From: an uncultured Candidatus Saccharibacteria bacterium
GTDB lineage: Bacteria; Patescibacteriota; Dojkabacteria; SC72
Reading direction: 5' to 3'
DNA: 64,000 nucleotides
NCBI GenBank assembly: GCA_964514595.1
Contig: CAZEQZ010000001.1
Coordinates: forward strand, 267,847 to 331,846
The notes beneath the pieces are model-generated. The model searched no databases. It was not told the origin of the DNA and saw only the letters and a program-made list of their open reading frames with translations. Position numbers and translations under genes: made by a program. Shown one piece after another: positions 10,640-20,437 of the stretch; position 1 is the first letter of the stretch, and each line of letters opens with the position of its first letter.

Positions 10640-10852
10640 TTAAAGATTAACGATTTTTCTTACTAATGGTTTCTTATTACTTTTATCCACCAAGGCATTA
10701 TCTTTCTGTCTTCTTTTAGACTTAGCAGACCTTTTTGTCTTAAGATGACCCTGATGACTCTGCTTGTATCTAAGTTTAGGAGTCCTATTTCCTTTAGGAT
10801 TAGACGCCTTTATTCTTTTCTTTGCTGTTTTGTTTGTTTTCTGTCTAGCCAT
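10640..10852 (-). CDS. rpmI: 50S ribosomal protein L35
   Basis: MARQKTNKTAKKRIKASNPKG..., 70 aa, basic. The start overlaps the infC stop by 8 nt. Confidence 0.9.
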   Translation of the reverse strand: MARQKTNKTAKKRIKASNPKGNRTPKLRYKQSHQGHLKTKRSAKSKRRQKDNALVDKSNKKPLVRKIVNL

Positions 10853-11354
10853 TTGGTTTAAAAGTCATTGAAATTCTATTACCCTCATACTTGGGCTCGG
10901 CTTCGATACTACTATAATCGGTAAAATTAGTCAATATTTCAGTAAAAACTTCCTTTGCTTGATCCATTGATTGACGTCCCTTTTTAACCATAGTAAGTTT
11001 AACAGGGTGTCCTTTACTTAGAAATTCTTTTGATCTTTTTATTCTATGATCAATATCGCCTTGTTCTATAACTGGTGAAAACCTAAACTCTTTCGTTTCT
11101 TTTGCTTTACCTTTTTTATTTGATCTACTCTTCTTACTTATGCTGTATATATATTTTGCATAATCCATTATTTTACAGACAGGAGGAGAAACATTTGCTC
11201 CTACTTCGACTAGATCTAATTCTGCTTCTCGTGCCATATTCAGGGCCTTATTGGTATCTACAACCCCGATGTTCTCACCTTTTTCATCTATTAGTTGTAC
11301 CTCGCTTACTCTTATGTACTCATTGACTCGCGGTCCTTTCCTCTTAGAATCCAT
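10845..11354 (-). CDS. infC: Translation initiation factor IF-3
   Basis: NEYIRVSEVQLIDEKGENIGVV and MAREAELDLVEV are IF3 N- and C-domain signatures. Its position between thrS and rpmI is the conserved one. Confidence 0.9.
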   Translation of the reverse strand: MDSKRKGPRVNEYIRVSEVQLIDEKGENIGVVDTNKALNMAREAELDLVEVGANVSPPVCKIMDYAKYIYSISKKSRSNKKGKAKETKEFRFSPVIEQGDIDHRIKRSKEFLSKGHPVKLTMVKKGRQSMDQAKEVFTEILTNFTDYSSIEAEPKYEGNRISMTFKPNG

Positions 11355-11381
11355 GTATTAATATTTATATTAAAAATTTAT

Positions 11382-13154
11382 TTAAATACTTTCTTTAAAG
11401 GTTTCCTTGTTTCTAATCTCTTCCTTGAGATTATCTATGAATTCTTGTACTTTCATCAAACCCTCTTCCTTATTTCTTCTTGCCCTCACACTCACCGCCT
11501 CTGTTTCTATTTCTTTGTCTCCGACTACTGCTATGTATGGGATTTTCATTTTCTCTGCATCCCTGATTCTGGATTGCATGCTCTTGTTTCTGTCATCCAT
11601 TTTCACTCTTAATTTTGCTTCCTTAAGTTCTTGGTATACCTTCTGTGCATACTCTTTGTGTTTTTCAGATATTGGTATTACATATACCTGTTCAGGTGTA
11701 AACCAGAGAGGGAAATCTCCACCGTGGTGTTCTATGAGAAATGAAAAGAATCTTTCAAAAGAACCGATTAAAGCTCTATGTATAACGAATGGTTGTTTCT
11801 CTTCACCTTCAGAGTCTATGTATGTGATATTAAATTTCTCTGGCATATTAAAATCCAACTGAATTGTGGATATTGAGTCTTCTTTCCCAAAAACATTCAC
11901 TGCTTGTATGTCTATCTTAGGGCCGTAGAAGGCTGCATCTCCAGGCATTTCTTCAAATTCCAAGCCTCTTTTGACTAATACATTTCTTAAGGTGTCCTCT
12001 GCTATTTTCCATTTTTCTGGATCCCCAGAATACTTCTCAGGATTTTTCTCTCTGTCCGAGATGGAGAGCCTAAATTTATAATTATCAAAACCTACATCCT
12101 TATAGAAGATTAGTAGAAGATCTAAGGTCTCATTTAGTATGTCTTCTAGTTGCTCAGGGGTACAGAAAAGATGGGCATCATTTTGTGTAAAGCCCCTTAC
12201 TCTTTGTAATCCGTGTAACTCTCCTGATTTTTCATATCTGTATACCGTCCCAAATTCTCCGAGCTTGTATGGAAGGTCTCTATAGCTTTTAGGTGACATT
12301 TTGTACACCATCATTCCAGCAGGACAGTTCATAGGTTTAAGATAGTAGGTTTCATCCTCTATTTGAATTGGTGCATACATAGATTCTTTGTAGAAACCTA
12401 AGTGACCAGAAGTTTGAAACAGAATCTCTTTATTTATATGAGGAGTTAATATGTGTTGGTATCCATACTCTCTCTCCAAATCCAACATATATTCCTCAAG
12501 TATTCTTCTTATGGTATATCCCCTAGGTAGCCATACAGGTAACCCTTGTCCTATCTCTGGAATAATTGCAAATAGATCAAGCTGTTTACCAAGTTTTCTG
12601 TGGTTTCTCTTTTCTAACTCTTGCTGATTCCTTAAATATTCATTCAACTCCTCCTTTGTCTCAAAAGCTGTGCCATATATTCTTGTTAACATTTTTTTCT
12701 TCTCATCTCCTCTCCAGTATGCTCCTGCAGTCTTAGTTAATTTTATAGCGCCAATGTCCTTGGTGTTTTCTACGTGTGGTCCTCTGCATAAATCAGCAAA
12801 ATCATTGTCTCCAGTTACATAGAAACTGTACTCCTCCCCTTCTAACTCCTCTAACAGCTCTAGCTTATATATCTGATCAGTCTTCTTAAGATACTCAACA
12901 GCTTCATCCTTTTTCATAAATAGTTGATTAAAAGGAAGTGCTTCTTTTATTATTTTCTTCATCTCCTTTTCTATCTTAGGCAAATCCTCCTCCTCAATTG
13001 GCTCTGCAAAGTCAAAGTCATAGTAGAAGCCATTCTCTATAGCTGGACCTATACCTAATTTGGTATCTGGGTATAGTTTTAATACTGCTTGAGCAAGTAT
13101 ATGTGAGGCTGAGTGTCTCATTGCCTCAAGTTTTAATAATTTTTCAGATTCCAT
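11382..13154 (-). CDS. thrS: Threonyl-tRNA synthetase
   Basis: TGS/editing-domain remnant with the HSASHILAQA motif, a class II catalytic core and an anticodon-binding domain. Length 590 aa. Confidence 0.92.
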   Translation of the reverse strand: MESEKLLKLEAMRHSASHILAQAVLKLYPDTKLGIGPAIENGFYYDFDFAEPIEEEDLPKIEKEMKKIIKEALPFNQLFMKKDEAVEYLKKTDQIYKLELLEELEGEEYSFYVTGDNDFADLCRGPHVENTKDIGAIKLTKTAGAYWRGDEKKKMLTRIYGTAFETKEELNEYLRNQQELEKRNHRKLGKQLDLFAIIPEIGQGLPVWLPRGYTIRRILEEYMLDLEREYGYQHILTPHINKEILFQTSGHLGFYKESMYAPIQIEDETYYLKPMNCPAGMMVYKMSPKSYRDLPYKLGEFGTVYRYEKSGELHGLQRVRGFTQNDAHLFCTPEQLEDILNETLDLLLIFYKDVGFDNYKFRLSISDREKNPEKYSGDPEKWKIAEDTLRNVLVKRGLEFEEMPGDAAFYGPKIDIQAVNVFGKEDSISTIQLDFNMPEKFNITYIDSEGEEKQPFVIHRALIGSFERFFSFLIEHHGGDFPLWFTPEQVYVIPISEKHKEYAQKVYQELKEAKLRVKMDDRNKSMQSRIRDAEKMKIPYIAVVGDKEIETEAVSVRARRNKEEGLMKVQEFIDNLKEEIRNKETFKESI

Positions 13155-13318
13155 AATAATATCAGTTTAAAAAGTTAAGTTTATGGGAAAAAAGAAACAA
13201 CATCATTAGAATGTTTGTGTACAAAAAACAATTTTACTAATTTTCTCTTTGTTTATACCGTATTGTTTATACATTTGTACTATTCTATATCGTAATTATT
13301 GATTTTGCAATGAGGATA

Positions 13319-14059
13319 TTACCTTTTTACAATAAAGAAGGATATAGTATTTAAGCCGAATTCTTCAGATTCCAAGATCTCTATATTATCTAGACTAAGT
13401 TTCTCCAGTGGATATCTCTTTGGATGTTTCAATATTAAAGCACCTTTAAACCTTTCACTATCAGGATTTTGTACACCTGGGAGTAGTTGGGATGCCATAT
13501 TTAATACAGATTCCATCTTAAACGTCTTTTTAGTATTAAATAGCTTATATGGTGGATCCAAAAATATTATGTCAAATGTTGGTATTGGGTCACTATTACT
13601 CTGTTTAAATAAATAGTCTTCGGTTTTAGATCTAATAATTTCTGTTTGTAGCAAGAATCCTGTTTTGGCGACATTATTCTTTATTACAAAATCAGCATTC
13701 TTTGAAGCTTCTACGAATGTGACGTGTTTAGCACCTCTTGATAGGGCTTCAAGACCAAATGAACCAGCACCTGCATATAGATCAAGTACGTTTTTATTAA
13801 ATATATCCTCTCTTAGAATATCAAATACTTTAACTTTCATCCTATCTGTTAATGGTCTTGTAGTTTTGGGTATCTCTAATTTAAAATTTTTAACCTTCCC
13901 TGCTGTTATTCTAACAAATGTATGTATAGTGGGTTCTTTGTGAAGCAGTCTTTCTTTAAGGAAGGTATCTTCCCTTTCTTCAAATTCCTCCGGAGTCTCT
14001 ACTTTCCATTTCTTTTTTTCTTTTCTTAGTTTTTTAAATGAATCATGTTTTAAGCTCAT
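13319..14059 (-). CDS. rsmD: 16S rRNA (guanine966-N2)-methyltransferase RsmD-like, with a Lys-rich N-terminal extension
   Basis: RITAGKVKNFKL...TRPLTDRMKVKVFDIL, LDLYAGAGSFGLEALSRGA and the DPPY motif. These are N6-adenine/N2-guanine methyltransferase family signatures. Confidence 0.7.
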   Translation of the reverse strand: MSLKHDSFKKLRKEKKKWKVETPEEFEEREDTFLKERLLHKEPTIHTFVRITAGKVKNFKLEIPKTTRPLTDRMKVKVFDILREDIFNKNVLDLYAGAGSFGLEALSRGAKHVTFVEASKNADFVIKNNVAKTGFLLQTEIIRSKTEDYLFKQSNSDPIPTFDIIFLDPPYKLFNTKKTFKMESVLNMASQLLPGVQNPDSERFKGALILKHPKRYPLEKLSLDNIEILESEEFGLNTISFFIVKR

Positions 14060-14072
14060 TGTTGATTATACA

Positions 14073-17000
14073 CTAATCTATTTTAATGCCACCCATCCGA
14101 AGACCTTCGAATTTGAAGAGTGTAAGGGCATCTATGAAATTTCCGCTCTCAGACCATTCGCTAACTAGGTCGTGACTATCCCAGAATCTAATTCTCCAGT
14201 AGTATGTGTTTGTTGATGAAGTAAGTGGTGTCCCGGCATAGGTGTAAGAAGAGGAGCGTTGATTGTTAGCGATGTTTGTATTTGTTTTACCAGAGTCCCA
14301 CATTGTAGTACCTGAAAACAGATAGTTACTGTTTACTTGAATCTGATATGCGGTAGCATAGTCTGTAGGGTCAGAATCTGAGAAAATTGCAGTGAATCTT
14401 GGACTTAATGTGTCTATACCTTTTGGATTGACACGTCCATCTACTAATAGCGAGCTAGGAGCATTTGGAGGTATGTGTGTGTAGAAATGTTCTACTTCGG
14501 ACCATTCGCTAACTAAATCTCCATTGTCCCAGAATCTGATTCTCCAGTAATAATCGGTGGCATACTCTAAAGAAGATCCGGAGTATGATATGTCTGTGCT
14601 TCTTGCATCATTTTCTATACTTTCTAAAAATGCGGTTTTTTCACTATCCCATTTAATAGTTTCTTCAAAATTATCATTAGTATTAAGTTGAATTTGATAA
14701 TAATCGGCTGTGTTTAAAGTGTCTGTGTCAGTAAAGATTGCAGAAAAGTATGGATAGAGGGTCGTCATACTATTGTTTGAAACATCTTCAGTTTGTAGTT
14801 CTGTGGGAGCGTTAGGATGATAATTCATTGCAAACGTAGCTGTATCTGACCATTCTCCCTCTGCTTCAGACTGATTCCAGAATTTTATCCTCCAGTAATA
14901 TACTGTATCCCATTGTAACTCGCTTCCGTTATATGTTATATCCGGAGATCTTGCTCCATTTGCAAAAGGTGTTACAAATTCTATTCTATCTGTATCCCAC
15001 ATCATGTTTCCTGTAAAGTACTGGTGTGTATTTACCTGAATCCTATAATAATTGGCTGTATCCGTAGGTTCGTCTGCTGTGAATACGGCAGAGAATTTTG
15101 GAGATAGATTTGTAAGGAAAGTTGGATTTGTTTCTCCTTCGCAAAGTAAATTCCCAGGTTGATGAGGAGCAGATGTTTCTTCCAATATGGTGGTGTTTTG
15201 AGATATTTTCCTCTCGGTAAATATAACAGTTATGTATGAAGGATAATTTGACACATCTATCGAATCTACAGTGCAGGAGTGAGTGTGATCTTCACTCGCA
15301 AAATATGAGTCTGCTCCTAATCCTCCTAACCCAAGTATTGCGTGTGATGATGTGCCTGTAGTTATCTCAATTGTATGTTTATGCGTAGTAGTTCCTCCAC
15401 TTCCACCATATTCTTCGGCAGCTTTTGGAATTTTATCATCCAACTCCGAAAATCTATTCCAGCCCAAAGGGGGTAATTCACTTGTCACAATTATGTTGTC
15501 CTCAGTTACATATATATCCCCTTGTGATTTAGCAAATACTAGGTCTAGATAAGGTGGTGTATGTGTGTCTGTAGATATTGAGACATCAGTAGATTCATGA
15601 GTATGGGTATCTTTAGAAAGAGAATCAGCTGTTATATTAGATTCTGAGAAAGTGGGAGAGGATGTTCCTGTTAAGGAAGTTAAATATTCGATTCGTATCC
15701 TTCCAGCACCTCCAGTAAGTCCACCCAGTCCTCCTGTTCCTCCTGCCCCTCCTGTCGCCGTAGCCTTACTAGTGCCTAGTGCAAGGTCTTCCCCTATTAT
15801 TTTGATAGATCCTCCCGAACCACCACTCCCACTAGCAGCAGTAAAGGGACTTGTTCCACTACCATTTCCACCTGTCCCTCCGTTGGATGAGATTGTTCCT
15901 GAGAGGCTTACTTCTTTTGCAGATATAAATACAATACCTCCACCTCTACCACCAGCTCCTCCAGTTCTGCCTGATGCCTGCGCAGCACCACCAGCTCCTC
16001 CCCCAGAGCCGAAGAAAAGCTTTGCTAAAGTTGGTTCTCCGTAGGTACCACCTCCACCTCCAGATCCACCAGTTCCATTGGATCCTGAACTTCCATTTCC
16101 ACTCACGTTTGTTCCACCATTTCCACTTGGGGTACCATATCCTCCACCTGCACTTCGACCTCCGATTGCTGAAGTAGGACCCCCACCCTCTCCACCACCA
16201 CCACCAGCCCCTCCTCTTGCAGAACCAGCTCCTCCTGAACCACTTGGGCTGTCCTGCCATTTTCCTGCACCACCACCTCCTCCACAAAGACCTGCTACAC
16301 CGTTTCCACTTGGTCCATATCCTCCTCTCCCTCCTCCAGCAGTTCCACAATAAGATTCTCCACCGTATCCAGGATTACTGGTTGAGCCACTACCTCCGGT
16401 ATAACCTCTAGCATTGGCATGTATTGTCCCATTTACTGTAACTGTTCCTGTAGCTCTGAACATCAATATTCCTCCCTTTGTACCATCCCATGTGTCTGGA
16501 TACCAATTTATAGAAGTATTTACGGTCACACTTGTATATTGCGGTATCCTTTGTACCATTATTTTTTGTGTTACTCCATCATAGTTATTGGTTAGTTCCC
16601 TATCTAAGGAAAGGGTATTAGTATCTGTATTAATGTTTGTTATGTATGCTGTATCATAATTACCAACATTAGAGAAGTTTGAGGAAGTTCCCTGTAGATT
16701 AATTATTATAATTTCATCTTCCACATCTAGTCCCGTAGGAGCTGAAGAAAGTGTTATATTGGAAGATCCCGCAGAAACAGAACTGGTCACTCTAAAATTA
16801 ACAGCATCGGAGACATCTCTTCCTGAACAAGAGGCTCCTGTATTAATACTTCTACTGGAGGAAACGGTACATTCTCCATCCGCCCCAGTTCCTAAGTTAT
16901 AGTTAGAGGAAGATAAGATATCAGATACAGATGTTACATCAGTAGTATGTCCATTTGTTGAAGTATGCGTATGTGTCGCTGATCCGCCTGATCCTCCATA

Positions 17001-17834
17001 GGTACTAGCACCTCTTGGAAAAGTATTATCTAAAGCAGAAAACCGTGTCCATCCTGTTGGTGCTGCTACATTGAACATGGAAATCAGATTAGTAGATAAG
17101 AGAAAATGGTTATTGTAGCAGATTATCATATCTTTATATGGAGGTAGTACGGAATTATTTGTATTTACAGTTGTAGTAAGGTTGTCATGGGCATGAGTAA
17201 TAGAAGTGCCAAGAAGATTTCCAGAGGAACTACCGATACTTGTAGTAGATATAGAACTAGAGGTACAACTTGCATTCGCGTGGGAATGGCTATCAGACCC
17301 TCCGGTGTTACCATAAGTATCACTACCTCTTAAAAATTTCCCGTCAAATTCTTCCGCTCTTGTCCAACCTGTAGGGCAGGTATTATCTGCAAACATAAAT
17401 ATATCTCCATCCCAAGGTAAAGATCCTGCGGAAGCATTACTATTTCCATAGTACATATATATTGTAGTGCCTTCAGCAGGTAATGTAGATAATCGTATCC
17501 ATATTTTAGTAGATGTTGTGTTACATCCATCTTCGATCCAATAATCTAGAGCCTCATTATGTTCATAGTTTATGAATCGTATATCTTCACAATTTTGTTG
17601 CATTTTCCCCCCAGTTATTATGGATTGAGTGTCTACATCTATTAAGACATCTTCGTCAATCAATTCTTCCTCGGAGGCATTATCTATCTCTATTCCTCTT
17701 CTGTATACCCACGAGCTACTCATCCATCCTAATACTTCCCCCTGATCTTTTTGTGTGAGATATAGCATTAGTCCACCACTAGTTGCAACAACTATAGAAG
17801 ATATAATAGCTACAGTTTTTGAGGTAATCTTCAT
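14073..17834 (-). CDS. Giant secreted/surface protein: DUF2341-like N-terminal domain, three collar-like repeats, a glycine-rich region and three C-terminal Fn3-like repeats
   Basis: N-terminal TM/signal. The DUF2341-like signature is EDIRF...LDYWIEDG...KIWIRL...YMYYGN. A motif P-x-GW-x-R...YGGSGG...HxH recurs three times. About 250 aa is Gly-rich low complexity (GGxGGxGG). Three roughly 115-aa repeats each end in YYWRIRFWD...EWS. Confidence 0.7.
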   Translation of the reverse strand: MKITSKTVAIISSIVVATSGGLMLYLTQKDQGEVLGWMSSSWVYRRGIEIDNASEEELIDEDVLIDVDTQSIITGGKMQQNCEDIRFINYEHNEALDYWIEDGCNTTSTKIWIRLSTLPAEGTTIYMYYGNSNASAGSLPWDGDIFMFADNTCPTGWTRAEEFDGKFLRGSDTYGNTGGSDSHSHANASCTSSSISTTSIGSSSGNLLGTSITHAHDNLTTTVNTNNSVLPPYKDMIICYNNHFLLSTNLISMFNVAAPTGWTRFSALDNTFPRGASTYGGSGGSATHTHTSTNGHTTDVTSVSDILSSSNYNLGTGADGECTVSSSRSINTGASCSGRDVSDAVNFRVTSSVSAGSSNITLSSAPTGLDVEDEIIIINLQGTSSNFSNVGNYDTAYITNINTDTNTLSLDRELTNNYDGVTQKIMVQRIPQYTSVTVNTSINWYPDTWDGTKGGILMFRATGTVTVNGTIHANARGYTGGSGSTSNPGYGGESYCGTAGGGRGGYGPSGNGVAGLCGGGGGAGKWQDSPSGSGGAGSARGGAGGGGGEGGGPTSAIGGRSAGGGYGTPSGNGGTNVSGNGSSGSNGTGGSGGGGGTYGEPTLAKLFFGSGGGAGGAAQASGRTGGAGGRGGGIVFISAKEVSLSGTISSNGGTGGNGSGTSPFTAASGSGGSGGSIKIIGEDLALGTSKATATGGAGGTGGLGGLTGGAGRIRIEYLTSLTGTSSPTFSESNITADSLSKDTHTHESTDVSISTDTHTPPYLDLVFAKSQGDIYVTEDNIIVTSELPPLGWNRFSELDDKIPKAAEEYGGSGGTTTHKHTIEITTGTSSHAILGLGGLGADSYFASEDHTHSCTVDSIDVSNYPSYITVIFTERKISQNTTILEETSAPHQPGNLLCEGETNPTFLTNLSPKFSAVFTADEPTDTANYYRIQVNTHQYFTGNMMWDTDRIEFVTPFANGARSPDITYNGSELQWDTVYYWRIKFWNQSEAEGEWSDTATFAMNYHPNAPTELQTEDVSNNSMTTLYPYFSAIFTDTDTLNTADYYQIQLNTNDNFEETIKWDSEKTAFLESIENDARSTDISYSGSSLEYATDYYWRIRFWDNGDLVSEWSEVEHFYTHIPPNAPSSLLVDGRVNPKGIDTLSPRFTAIFSDSDPTDYATAYQIQVNSNYLFSGTTMWDSGKTNTNIANNQRSSSYTYAGTPLTSSTNTYYWRIRFWDSHDLVSEWSESGNFIDALTLFKFEGLRMGGIKID

Positions 17835-17853
17835 TAATATATTGTACCAGAAT

Positions 17854-18312
17854 CTAATCTCTTTCTCTTGTTACTTCATACAGTATAGCTGTAGCACAGT
17901 TGGCTACATTTAAGGATTCTTTCTTTCCTCTCATAGGTACCATAATCCTTTTATCTGTATATTCAAGTATATCTTCTGATATGCCATTCTTTTCATGACC
18001 AAATACTAAGACAAACTCATTAGGATATTTAATCTTTTGAAAATTTTCTGCGTCATTAGTAATCTCTACTGAGTATATAGGTATATTCCTTCCTTTAAGT
18101 TCTTCCAAAGCCTCTTGGGTAGTATCGTAATGTTCAGATGGAATCATCTCTATTGCTCCCAATGCAGTTTTTTCTAACTTAGGGTTATCTATATCACTCG
18201 TAATGCCACAAAGATATATCTTCTCTACACTACCTGCACCATCCGCGGATCTAAATATACTGCCTACATTAAAAGCAGATCTAATATTGTCTAATACTAT
18301 GTGTATTTTCAT
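17854..18312 (-). CDS. SpoU/TrmH-family RNA 2'-O-methyltransferase (TrmL-like)
   Basis: 152 aa with the SPOUT knot motifs VGSIFRSADGAG and LVFGHEKNGISE...SLNVANCATAILYE. Overlaps the recG stop by 4 nt. Confidence 0.75.
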   Translation of the reverse strand: MKIHIVLDNIRSAFNVGSIFRSADGAGSVEKIYLCGITSDIDNPKLEKTALGAIEMIPSEHYDTTQEALEELKGRNIPIYSVEITNDAENFQKIKYPNEFVLVFGHEKNGISEDILEYTDKRIMVPMRGKKESLNVANCATAILYEVTRERD

Positions 18313-20312
18313 CTAAATAGATTCTCTAATATATATTCATAGCTATTATCATCTTTAAGAATCTTTTTAGCAAGAACCCTTGCTCTATGTAGTAATTTAA
18401 TATCATGTATGGAGGCAACCTTAAATAGAGGGATACCTGATTGCCTAAGTCCATATACCTCCCCCGGTCCCCTACTTTGAAGATCATACTCTGCAACCTC
18501 AAAACCTGAATTATGGTTAGCAAAATATCTAAGCCTTTCTTCTGCAGAAGAACCCTTCTCTACATTAGCACTAGGTATTACAAAACAGTATGACTCTTTA
18601 TCACTTCTCCCCACCCTACCTCTTAATTGATGGAGCTGTGCAAGACCAAATCTCTCTGCATCCTCTATTACCATTATTGTGGCATCAGGAATATCTATTC
18701 CCACCTCTATTACTGTTGTGGAGACCAATATATTTATTTTCTTCTTCCTAAAATCTTCTAGTAGTCTATCTTTTTCCTTCTGTTTTAATCTCCCGTGAAG
18801 AAATTCAACCTTTAATCCTTTAAATATATTTTTAAGATACTCGAATTCTGTAAGTACAGCTTTAGCACTTAATTTCTCTGATTCTTCAATCAGAGGATAT
18901 ATTATGAAGGCTTGATTTTCTAAATTACTATCTTTAATACTATCCTTTATCCATTTAAAGCAATCGTTTCTTTTTTTAAATGGTGTGAAGTATGTTTTAA
19001 TAGGTATCCTATTCTTTGGTTTCTCTCTGATTTCAGATACATCTAATCCTCCAAAGAATATCTCTGTGAGACTTCTTGGTATTGGTGTAGCTGTCATAGT
19101 TAGATAGTGAGGGGATGTCTTAATCTTCTGTTTGAAATACTCTCTCTGTTCCACTCCAAATCTATGCTGTTCATCTATTACAACCAAGTTTAAATCCTTA
19201 GGCAGTTCTTTCTCATACAAGATTGCATGAGTTCCAATTATTAATTTGTTGTCAGCTTTCTTAATAATCTTTTTAGCTGATATACAAAGTTCAATATCTA
19301 TATCTAAATCTTTAAATATATTTTTGAATGTATCGTAGTGTTGCTGTGCAAGTACTGTAGTGGGAGCTATCAATATGCAAGAGTATCCATTTCTTATTGT
19401 GTTTAATACTACAATTGCAGCTATTATAGTTTTTCCACTCCCCACATCTCCATTTAACAGCCTATTCATTGGTTTCTTCTTTGTAGTGTCTTCCAATATT
19501 TTCTCTAGAGCCTTATTTTGATCATCTGTTAATTTAAAGGGGAGTGATTTTATGAAGCTATTAATATGTTTCGTTTTAATATCCATATGGATACTTTTTT
19601 CATTCTCTCTCTGTTTAACTCTTCTCTCGATCTTAAAAGCTATCCTAAGCATTTCATCAAAAGAAAGTCTTTCCTTAGACCTTTCTATATCTTCTTCATT
19701 TTCTGGAAAGTGTATTTTAGATATTGCGGTAGGTATATCTAAAATTTTTTCTTTCTCTATCCATTTACTTTGTAGTGGTTCATTGAGAATAGAGGGTATA
19801 TCTTTCTCTAGGGTTTTAATCTTGCTTCTAATCATTCTTGAAGTTAATCCTTTTGTTTCTGGATATATACCTATCCACTTTCCTAAATGAAGCTGTTTCT
19901 GTGGATCTTCCTTTAGTTTCTCAAATTTAGGATTATAGATATTCTTTCTATTTGCTTTTCTACTAATCTTTGCATTAAAAAGATATATATCCCCTATCTT
20001 TAAAGTGTCTTTTAAATATGGCTGATTGAAATATACTAGGTTTAGAAATCCTGTATCGTCTCTTACTCTAACAGTTGTTATTTTTTTTCTTAGGTATGTA
20101 ATTTTAACATTAACAATTTCAGCTATGAATGTTCCTCCCTCTTTCTCTTTAAATTCTTCAATTGTTATAACCGAAGATGTGTCTTGGTATCTGAATGGTA
20201 TGTGAAAGAGAAGGTCTTGTATGGAGAAGATATTTAATTTGTGAAAAGCAGTAGCTTGTTTAACTCCTATACCTTTTATTTCTGTTATTGCAGATTCTTT
20301 AGATAGTGGCAT
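18309..20312 (-). CDS. recG: ATP-dependent DNA helicase RecG
   Basis: Wedge/OB N-terminal domain, helicase motif I GDVGSGKT, DEQHRFG and the TRG motif region. Length 667 aa. Confidence 0.9.
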   Translation of the reverse strand: MPLSKESAITEIKGIGVKQATAFHKLNIFSIQDLLFHIPFRYQDTSSVITIEEFKEKEGGTFIAEIVNVKITYLRKKITTVRVRDDTGFLNLVYFNQPYLKDTLKIGDIYLFNAKISRKANRKNIYNPKFEKLKEDPQKQLHLGKWIGIYPETKGLTSRMIRSKIKTLEKDIPSILNEPLQSKWIEKEKILDIPTAISKIHFPENEEDIERSKERLSFDEMLRIAFKIERRVKQRENEKSIHMDIKTKHINSFIKSLPFKLTDDQNKALEKILEDTTKKKPMNRLLNGDVGSGKTIIAAIVVLNTIRNGYSCILIAPTTVLAQQHYDTFKNIFKDLDIDIELCISAKKIIKKADNKLIIGTHAILYEKELPKDLNLVVIDEQHRFGVEQREYFKQKIKTSPHYLTMTATPIPRSLTEIFFGGLDVSEIREKPKNRIPIKTYFTPFKKRNDCFKWIKDSIKDSNLENQAFIIYPLIEESEKLSAKAVLTEFEYLKNIFKGLKVEFLHGRLKQKEKDRLLEDFRKKKINILVSTTVIEVGIDIPDATIMVIEDAERFGLAQLHQLRGRVGRSDKESYCFVIPSANVEKGSSAEERLRYFANHNSGFEVAEYDLQSRGPGEVYGLRQSGIPLFKVASIHDIKLLHRARVLAKKILKDDNSYEYILENLFR

Positions 20313-20437
20313 TTTCTAAAGTGAAAGCAAAGAGAGTATTATCGGTACTACTATACCGCCTAATAGTATTAATGCGATTGAGATGTTTATTATCTTACTT
20401 AATGTTTGCTTGGTCTTTTTCTTCATATCCTATTTTA

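Noticed and set aside
13155-13318. T-box riboswitch upstream of thrS
   Set aside because: The leader is only 164 nt, and I could not find the conserved T-box core (AGGGTGGNACCGCG-like) or a specifier/antiterminator arrangement.
15652-16411. Pro-rich plus-strand ORFs (15652-16044, 16078-16353), a Trp/Arg-rich minus-strand ORF (15946-16350) and other short ORFs across the same span
   Set aside because: They are mirror and frameshift readings of the GGN-codon (poly-Gly) segment of the 14073-17834 CDS. The sense frame is continuous with flanking well-structured domains, so these are compositional artefacts.
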